Shown here piece after piece: positions 57,843 to 64,000 of a stretch of 64,000 bases of DNA. The stretch covers positions 192,001 to 256,000 of the forward strand of contig CAVRCI010000001.1 in the NCBI GenBank assembly GCA_963719495.1, in the 5' to 3' direction. The stretch is from an uncultured Verrucomicrobiae bacterium. GTDB lineage: Bacteria; Verrucomicrobiota; Verrucomicrobiia; Chthoniobacterales; JAATET01. The position numbers were made by a program, and so were the translations under genes. The stretch's first letter is position 1, and every line of letters starts with the position of its first letter. Under the pieces are notes generated by a model. That model was given only the letters and a program-made list of their open reading frames with translations. It made no database searches and had not been told where the DNA came from.

Positions 57843-58303
57843 CGATCTATCGAATCGACCGCGCAACCCGTTCCGACCCGACCGAGTCCTTCTCCGGCCA
57901 AGGCGGCCTCTTCGTGGCCCACCGCTGGAACGAACTCGGAACGCGTATCGTCTACGCGGCCTCGTCCCTCCCGCTCGCCTGCCTGGAAATCCTCGTCAAT
58001 CTCCCCACGCCCCGAACCCTCCCGCCCCTCGTCTACTTCCGCGCCGAGGTCCCCGACCGACTCGTCGAAGACACCCCAAAACTCCCCGCCGACTGGTCGA
58101 GCTTCCCACCCACTCCGGCCACCCAGCGCCTTGGCAGTCAATGGATCACCGGTGCCCGCACCCCCGCCCTCCGCGTCCCCTCAGCGCTCCTCCCCACCAA
58201 CGAACCCGGCAATATCCTCCTGAACCCAAGCCACCCCACGTTCGACCTCTCGTGGGTCGGCGGTCCCTGGCCCCTCCCATTCGACACCCGCCTCCAAAAA
58301 TGA
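57839..58303 (+). CDS. RES domain toxin (NAD+ phosphorylase family)
   Basis: IYRI, RWN, LEILV, VPSA, NILLNPSHP. Confidence 0.9.
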   Translation: MTIYRIDRATRSDPTESFSGQGGLFVAHRWNELGTRIVYAASSLPLACLEILVNLPTPRTLPPLVYFRAEVPDRLVEDTPKLPADWSSFPPTPATQRLGSQWITGARTPALRVPSALLPTNEPGNILLNPSHPTFDLSWVGGPWPLPFDTRLQK

Positions 58304-58442
58304 CCGCCCGAGGAGCCGCGACTTGCAACTCGCTTCGCCCGTCTCCGCTTCGTAGCGGCTGCCAAACCGACCCAGGCTCCAAAGCCGCCGCTTCACTCCC
58401 TTTCTAATTCCTCCCCGCCAAGATCTGGACTACCTCTTCCCC

Positions 58443-58637
58443 ATGATCCGTTACGCCGCCGCCCTCCTCGCCACCAGCACGCTCTTCACTGCCTGTTCCA
58501 CCACCCCGACTGTCGACGACGACGACGACGCGGCCGCGGTCATCCGCGCCCAAGGCGAACCCCAGCCGCCCATCGACGCCCCGTTCGCCGACACCAGCTA
58601 CGAGGAAGCCGAAACCAGCCCCTTCGCAATGGACTGA
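58443..58637 (+). CDS. Small acidic lipoprotein
   Basis: Lipobox FTAC after a hydrophobic stretch. Confidence 0.6.
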   Translation: MIRYAAALLATSTLFTACSTTPTVDDDDDAAAVIRAQGEPQPPIDAPFADTSYEEAETSPFAMD

Positions 58638-58669
58638 CTCCATTCGGCTTCGCCTGTCTCCAATCCGTT

Positions 58670-58703
58670 CCATTTCTAATTCCGCATTTCAAATTTCTCA
58701 TTC
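58670..58703. repeat. 7-mer array (ATTTCAA type)
   Basis: catttctaattccgcatttcaaatttctcattc. Confidence 0.7.
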
Positions 58704-58713
58704 CAAAAAGAAG

Positions 58714-59892
58714 ATGCCCACGCTCAACAAACAATTCCCGCGCCTCCTCCCGACCCCGGTCACCAGAAACCAGACCGCCGCCGACCTCATCGACGGCACG
58801 TTCAAAGCCTACAACGGCGCCCGCCTCGCCGAAGCCTGCCGACTCTTCTCCGACAAAATGCTCGAAGGCGACGGCACCGTCGGCATGTCGCTCACCGGTG
58901 CCCTCACCCCCGCTGGCCTCGGCAAATCCTGCCTCGTCCCGCTGCTCAAAGCCGGCTTCGTCGACTGGATCATCTCGACCGGCGCGAATCTCTACCACGA
59001 CCTCCACTACGGCCTCGGCATGGAACTCTTCGCCGGATCGCCCAACCTCGACGACATCGACCTCCGCCACGCCGGCGTCATCCGGATTTACGACGTCCTT
59101 TTCGATTACGACGTCCTCCTCGACACCGACGCCTTCGTCCGCCAGGTCATTCAAGGCCCCGAATTCCAACGCCCCCTGGGCACCGACGAATTCCACTTCC
59201 TCCTCGGCAAATACGTCCACGAGCGCGAGAAGACCCTCGGCATCTCCGAGCACAGCCTCCTCGCCGCCGCCTACAAATACCGCGTCCCCATCTTCACCAG
59301 CAGCCCCGGCGATTCCTCCATCGGAATGAACGTCGCCGCCATGTCGCTGCGCGATTCCAAGCTCAGCTTCGACGTCAACCGCGACGTCAACCAGACCGCC
59401 GCCATCGTCTACGACGCCAAATCCACCGGCGGCAAATCCAGCGTCTTCATCCTCGGCGGCGGCAGCCCAAAAAATTTCATGCTCCAGACCGAGCCCCAGA
59501 TCCAAGAGGTCATGGGCATCGAGGAGCGCGGCCACGACTACTTCCTCCAGTGCACCGACGCCCGCCCCGACACCGGCGGCCTCAGCGGAGCCACCCCCGG
59601 CGAAGCCGTCAGTTGGGGCAAGATCGACCCCGACTCCCTCCCCGACTGCGTCGTCTGCTACCTCGACAGCACCGTAGCCCTCCCCCTCATCACCTCCTAC
59701 GCCCTCAGCCGAACCAAGCCCCGCAAGCCCAAAAAACTCTACGACCGCCGCGACGCGATGCTCGAAGAGGTCCGCAAACAATACCTCAAAGTCGGCCAAG
59801 TCGACAAAGTCGCCCACCGCACGGACCTCAACAAAAAGAAAAAGCCCGCCCGCAACCTCGCCAAGCGAGCCAGCAGCGTCGGCGTCAAGTAA
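58714..59892 (+). CDS. Deoxyhypusine-synthase-like protein (SpeY-type, probable homospermidine synthesis)
   Basis: [35 protein letters not shown]. Confidence 0.88.
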   Translation: MPTLNKQFPRLLPTPVTRNQTAADLIDGTFKAYNGARLAEACRLFSDKMLEGDGTVGMSLTGALTPAGLGKSCLVPLLKAGFVDWIISTGANLYHDLHYGLGMELFAGSPNLDDIDLRHAGVIRIYDVLFDYDVLLDTDAFVRQVIQGPEFQRPLGTDEFHFLLGKYVHEREKTLGISEHSLLAAAYKYRVPIFTSSPGDSSIGMNVAAMSLRDSKLSFDVNRDVNQTAAIVYDAKSTGGKSSVFILGGGSPKNFMLQTEPQIQEVMGIEERGHDYFLQCTDARPDTGGLSGATPGEAVSWGKIDPDSLPDCVVCYLDSTVALPLITSYALSRTKPRKPKKLYDRRDAMLEEVRKQYLKVGQVDKVAHRTDLNKKKKPARNLAKRASSVGVK

Positions 59893-59896
59893 CCCA

Positions 59897-59945
59897 GGGG
59901 ACCGCGAGCATCCTGCTCGCCGTGCCGGGCTGCCAGCCCGGCACC
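59897..59945. repeat. REP-like double hairpin between convergent genes
   Basis: gcgagc-atcct-gctcgc and gtgccgggct-gcc-agcccggcac; same architecture as family A. Confidence 0.75.
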
Positions 59946-59967
59946 CCAACCCCAAAATGCGAAGCAT

Positions 59968-60840
59968 TCACTTCCCCCCAGCAGGATCGCAGACCTCCCG
60001 CAACGAATCCCCCACCACGTTCAGTGCCAGCAAAGTCGCCGTGAAAAAGAACGCCGGAAACAGCAGCAGCCAAGGGTAGATCTCCATCATCTCCGCCCCC
60101 TCCTTGATCAACGTCCCCCAGGAACTCAGCGGCGGCTGCGCCCCCAGTCCCAAAAAGCTCAAAAACGACTCGAGTAAAATAATCGAAGGCACGTTCAGCG
60201 TCGTGTAAGCGATCACCGGCCCAGCGATGTTCGGCAGGATTCCGCGCAGAAAAATCCGCGCCCGCCCCGCCCCCAGCGCCCGCGAAGCCAGCACGTAATC
60301 CAGCTTCCGCACCGCCATCACCTGCGACCGCACGATCCGCGCCGTCGTCATCCATTCCAGCGCGCCAATCGCCACGAACAGCAGGAAAAAACTCCGCCCG
60401 AACACCACCATCAGCAGGATCACGACCACCGCGAACGGCAGCGCGTAAAGCAGATCCACCACCCGCATCATCGCCGCGTCCACCCGACCGCCCGCGTATC
60501 CCGCCACCCCGCCGTAGATCACCCCGATCACCAACGACACCAGCGCCGCGCACACCCCGACCCCCAGCGAGATCCGTCCGCCCTCCAGCATCCGCGCCAG
60601 CTGATCCCGCCCCAGCACGTCCGTTCCCAACCAGTGATCCCACCGCGGCCCGACCGCCCCCAGTTCCAGGGTCTGCAACTTCGCCGCCTCCGGCAACCAC
60701 CACGGCCCGACGAGACAAGCCACGATCAACACCACCAGAAAACTCACCGACAGCGCAACCGTCGGCTGACGCAATGACCTCGCCCAGCCCGTCCAATTCT
60801 CACGATCCCGCGCCGCTTCCACCGCCACCCCCTCACCCAT
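59968..60840 (-). CDS. oppC: Oligopeptide ABC transporter permease OppC/DppC
   Basis: HWLGTDVLGRD, ARIVRSQ, ESFLSFLGLG, SWG. Confidence 0.9.
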   Translation of the reverse strand: MGEGVAVEAARDRENWTGWARSLRQPTVALSVSFLVVLIVACLVGPWWLPEAAKLQTLELGAVGPRWDHWLGTDVLGRDQLARMLEGGRISLGVGVCAALVSLVIGVIYGGVAGYAGGRVDAAMMRVVDLLYALPFAVVVILLMVVFGRSFFLLFVAIGALEWMTTARIVRSQVMAVRKLDYVLASRALGAGRARIFLRGILPNIAGPVIAYTTLNVPSIILLESFLSFLGLGAQPPLSSWGTLIKEGAEMMEIYPWLLLFPAFFFTATLLALNVVGDSLREVCDPAGGK

Positions 60841-61747
60841 GACGCACGCGCGGGTTCAGCCCCGCCTGCGCGAGGTCGGCCAGAAAATTGAAGATCGAGA
60901 TCAGCGCCGCGTAAAAAAGCACCATCCCCAGCACCAGGGTGTAGTCCCGGTTCAGCGAAGCCGTGACGAAAAACCGCCCCAACCCCGGCACCTGAAAGAT
61001 CGACTCCACCACGAACGACCCCGTCAAGATTCCCGCCATCGCGGGCCCGAGATAAGCCACCACCGGCGACACCGCGAGCCGCATCGCGTGCTTCCAGACG
61101 AGCGTTCCCTCGCCGACCCCTTTCGCCCGCCCGCTCCGCACGTAGTTCTTCTTCAACTCCTCGACCAGCCCGCTCCGCATCAACCGCGCGACGTAGGCGA
61201 CGTAAGCCGCCGCCAGCGTGATCGACGGCAGAATCCGGTCCGCCGCGCTCCCCCAACCCGACGAATTCACGACCCCCAGCCAAAGCGCGAAAATCAAAAT
61301 CAGGACCGGCCCCACCACGAACGTCGGCAGACAAACCCCCAACGCCGACACCCCCATCGCCAGCCGATCCTTCCACGATCCCCGTCGAGTCGCCGCCCAG
61401 ATCCCCAGCGGAATCCCCACCCCCATCGCAATTAAGAGCGCCCACAGCCCCAACTCCAGCGACACCGGCAGCGCCTCCAGAATGATCTCGTTCACCGTCC
61501 GCCCCGGATATTTGAACGACGGCCCGAGATCGCCGCGCAGCAGATTCCCGAGGTATTGCCCGTATTGCGTGAGCAGCGGCTGATCCAATCCGTAGTGCGC
61601 CTCCAACTCCGCCAGTACCTCCGGCCGCACCGACCGGTCGTCGTCGAAGGGACCGCCCGGCGCCAGGCGAATGATGAAAAACGTGACCGTTGCCACGCCC
61701 CACAGCACCAGCAACATCGACGCAAAGCGTGCAACGAACATCCTCAT
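60833..61747 (-). CDS. oppB: Oligopeptide ABC transporter permease OppB/DppB
   Basis: APGGPF, YGLDQP, GDLGPSF, RAKG, VESIFQVPGLG. Confidence 0.9.
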   Translation of the reverse strand: MRMFVARFASMLLVLWGVATVTFFIIRLAPGGPFDDDRSVRPEVLAELEAHYGLDQPLLTQYGQYLGNLLRGDLGPSFKYPGRTVNEIILEALPVSLELGLWALLIAMGVGIPLGIWAATRRGSWKDRLAMGVSALGVCLPTFVVGPVLILIFALWLGVVNSSGWGSAADRILPSITLAAAYVAYVARLMRSGLVEELKKNYVRSGRAKGVGEGTLVWKHAMRLAVSPVVAYLGPAMAGILTGSFVVESIFQVPGLGRFFVTASLNRDYTLVLGMVLFYAALISIFNFLADLAQAGLNPRVRHG

Positions 61748-61814
61748 GACCGCCATCCACCTTCGACTATCCGTCCCGCGTCGGACGACGCAAATCGCCG
61801 ACCCCACCCGCCGC

Positions 61815-63083
61815 TCACCGCCCGGCCCGCCGCCCGACGACCTCGCCCCGGCTCAGCTTGAGCAGCAGCATCGCGCTCATCTTCGCCCGCTCGGTCAAGC
61901 TCGGGACGAGCATGAACTCCTCGTCGCTGTGCAGATTCGCTCCCACCACGCCCAGACTGTCCAAAGTCGGCAACCCGACCGCCTGCAGCCGATTCCCGTC
62001 GCACGCCCCGCCCGTCGGAGCCCACGAGAGATCGACGCCGAACTCCCCACCGATCTCCGCCATCGCCTCGAGCAGCAGCCGCGTCCCCGCCGTCTCCGGC
62101 TTCGGCGAGCTCGAGAACTGCCCCAGCATTTCCACCCGACACCCGTCCGCTTCGTTGAGCACCCGCACGACCTCCGCCGCCCTCACCCGGAACCAATCCT
62201 CGTCCTCCGCCACCACCGTCCGCACGTTCACCAGACACGACGCCAACGCCGGCACGATGTTCGCCGCGCCGCCGCCCTGGATCTGCCCGACGTTCACCGT
62301 GAGTCCGTCCCGCCTCCCGTTGAGCCCGTCCAGCGCCGACACCAAGTGCGACAACAGACAAATCGCGTTCCGGCCCTTGTCGAAATCCCGCCCCGCGTGC
62401 GCCGCCTTCCCGTGCACGCGAAAGGTGAACGTCCCCGACCCTTTCCGCGCGCTCACCAACCCGCCGTCCGGCATCGAAGGCTCAAACACCAGCGCGACAT
62501 CGTGCCCCTCCGCGTGCCGCACCAACGACGGCTCGCTCCAAATCGACCCGATCTCCTCGTCGGGATTGAGAAAAACCGTCCACCCCAGCCCGCAGTCCGG
62601 CTCCACCATTCGCTCGAACGCTTCCAGCGCCGATAGCATTACCATCAGCCCCCCCTTCATGTCCGCCGTGCCCGGACCACGCAGCGTCTCACTCGTTCGC
62701 TCGGGCAGCTGAAACGGATCATCGGCTCCGAAAACCGTGTCGTAGTGTCCCACGAGCATCACCTGCAGGTCGGCGTCGGGCCGTTTGCGCACGGTCACGA
62801 TCCGCCGACTCCCCGCCGACAGCCGATCCCCCGATTCCTCCGACACCGCCGCCCCCATCTCTTCCTCCGCGACGACGCCTCCGAGCCGGTCGAAGCTCGC
62901 GGTCAATCGCCCGCGCATCGCGGCCAGCCCCGCCTCGTTCCAGCTGCCGGAATTGGTCCCGACCCACTCAGCCAACAGCTCGGCCCGCTCCGGTTCGACG
63001 GCTTCGAGCCGTCGAAGCTCACCAGCAAACACCCGCCCGGATAACGTTTCAGCCGTCGGCTCGGCGAGAGACTGCAACGACAC
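61815..63083 (-). CDS. M20 family metallo-hydrolase
   Basis: GHYDTV, GPGTADMKGG, DEEIGS, AHAG, LHSDEE. Confidence 0.9.
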   Translation of the reverse strand: MSLQSLAEPTAETLSGRVFAGELRRLEAVEPERAELLAEWVGTNSGSWNEAGLAAMRGRLTASFDRLGGVVAEEEMGAAVSEESGDRLSAGSRRIVTVRKRPDADLQVMLVGHYDTVFGADDPFQLPERTSETLRGPGTADMKGGLMVMLSALEAFERMVEPDCGLGWTVFLNPDEEIGSIWSEPSLVRHAEGHDVALVFEPSMPDGGLVSARKGSGTFTFRVHGKAAHAGRDFDKGRNAICLLSHLVSALDGLNGRRDGLTVNVGQIQGGGAANIVPALASCLVNVRTVVAEDEDWFRVRAAEVVRVLNEADGCRVEMLGQFSSSPKPETAGTRLLLEAMAEIGGEFGVDLSWAPTGGACDGNRLQAVGLPTLDSLGVVGANLHSDEEFMLVPSLTERAKMSAMLLLKLSRGEVVGRRAGR

Positions 63084-63094
63084 CGCTCGAAACC

Positions 63095-63805
63095 TTAGTT
63101 CCCGCGTTGATCGGCGTTCGCCGGACGATCCGAGTCCTTCAAAAACGCACCGTGCCCGTCGAAGAAGACGTAGACCCGCCCGCCATTCACCGGCGCGTAT
63201 TCCTTGCCGTTCGGGAGTCCATTGTAATTCAGATTGTCGACGTCCGAAATCATCCAGATCTTGCTCAATCCCGAGGCGCTGAATCCGCGAGTCCCCTTCT
63301 CGTAATCCGCCGCAATGATCTGGATCGGATTCTTCGGCGGCGTTGTCGACCGCGACGAAGGGTAGCCGAAAAACCGCGCGGGTTCGGTCGTCGTCCGATT
63401 ATTCAACGCGAGCACGACCATATCCTTACTCACCTCCGCGGTCTTCGGGTTGCTCCCGATCCAGACGTTTTTCCGTTCTGGAATGTAGTCCGCAAGGAGA
63501 CGCCGCAGGTTTTTCTGCTGCTCCGACTCGGGTAGCAGACGCTCGTATTCGGGGGAGCTGATGAACGTCCAAGTCGGCCCAGGCAAGTGTCCGTTGTCGT
63601 TGGCGTACATCAGACACGCACCCGCAATGGTTCTTTGATTACTCAACGAACGCGTGATGTTTGCCGACGTGTTCATCTTGCCCACGACCGGGACCGCGAT
63701 CGCGGCCAGGATCGAGACAATGGACACGACGACCAGAATCTCGATGAGCGTGAAACCCCGGCTTGATGTCTCCACAGTTCGATTCCTTGGTTCGGCGATT
63801 CCCAT
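63095..63805 (-). CDS. Prepilin-type N-terminal cleavage/methylation protein with C-terminal H-X9-DG-like end
   Basis: RG|FTLIEILVVVSIVSILAAI; YVFFDGH. Confidence 0.9.
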   Translation of the reverse strand: MGIAEPRNRTVETSSRGFTLIEILVVVSIVSILAAIAVPVVGKMNTSANITRSLSNQRTIAGACLMYANDNGHLPGPTWTFISSPEYERLLPESEQQKNLRRLLADYIPERKNVWIGSNPKTAEVSKDMVVLALNNRTTTEPARFFGYPSSRSTTPPKNPIQIIAADYEKGTRGFSASGLSKIWMISDVDNLNYNGLPNGKEYAPVNGGRVYVFFDGHGAFLKDSDRPANADQRGN

Positions 63806-64000
63806 CAGGCAACCGTGATCCTCCGACGCATGACGAAGAATGCCAACAGCCCCAGCAGGCAGAGGGCGACCGTCCCGGGTTCCGGCACTGGCGCGGTCGT
63901 CAGCGTGATCGAGTCGATGTCCACGAAGCCGCCCGTTCCGTCGAAGCGCGTGGCGAGCTGGATCTCGCGGATCAGCAGATTGTCCTCGAACGCCGGATCA
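63805..64000 (-). CDS. PEP-CTERM sorting domain protein (3' end only)
   Basis: Read by hand: ...TTAPVPEPGTVALCLLGLLAFFVMRRRITVA*; TGA overlaps the next ATG. Confidence 0.9.
   Translation of the reverse strand, partial: DPAFEDNLLIREIQLATRFDGTGGFVDIDSITLTTAPVPEPGTVALCLLGLLAFFVMRRRITVA

Overview
This is a high-GC bacterial chromosomal segment, probably from Verrucomicrobiota (Chthoniobacterales-like). That assignment is an inference from the PEP-CTERM and prepilin-type genes, the two MoxR/VWA operons and the LpxL-WaaF fusion. About 55 real CDSs are present; most long ORFs in the track are antisense or off-frame shadows. Gene content in order: a Bat-type MoxR operon interrupted by a four-helix-bundle gene; a large secreted BNR/Calx-beta protein; purK; an lpxL-waaF fusion; an RND efflux operon; a divergent ECF sigma/anti-sigma/CsgG-like locus; glnB; uppP; an M23 peptidase; galE-lptD-ugd; a second 8-gene MoxR operon; ispD; yqeY; gltX; Uma2; aroE; an Xre-RES toxin-antitoxin pair; a deoxyhypusine-synthase-like gene; oppBC; an M20 hydrolase; a prepilin-type gene; and a PEP-CTERM gene. 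I found no rRNA, tRNA, CRISPR array or transposase. Four observations stand out. (1) Several families of short palindromic and 7-mer repeats occur between genes and also in frame inside proteins, concentrated in one operon. (2) A four-helix-bundle gene is bracketed by inverted 7-mer arrays, and several gene-less inverted array pairs occur elsewhere. (3) The ECF locus has two back-to-back copies of CCAAGGAT-N14-CGTC, each the same distance from its start codon. (4) There is a patchy, extreme C-over-G strand skew that is independent of coding strand. All family assignments come from motif recognition by eye, with no database search.
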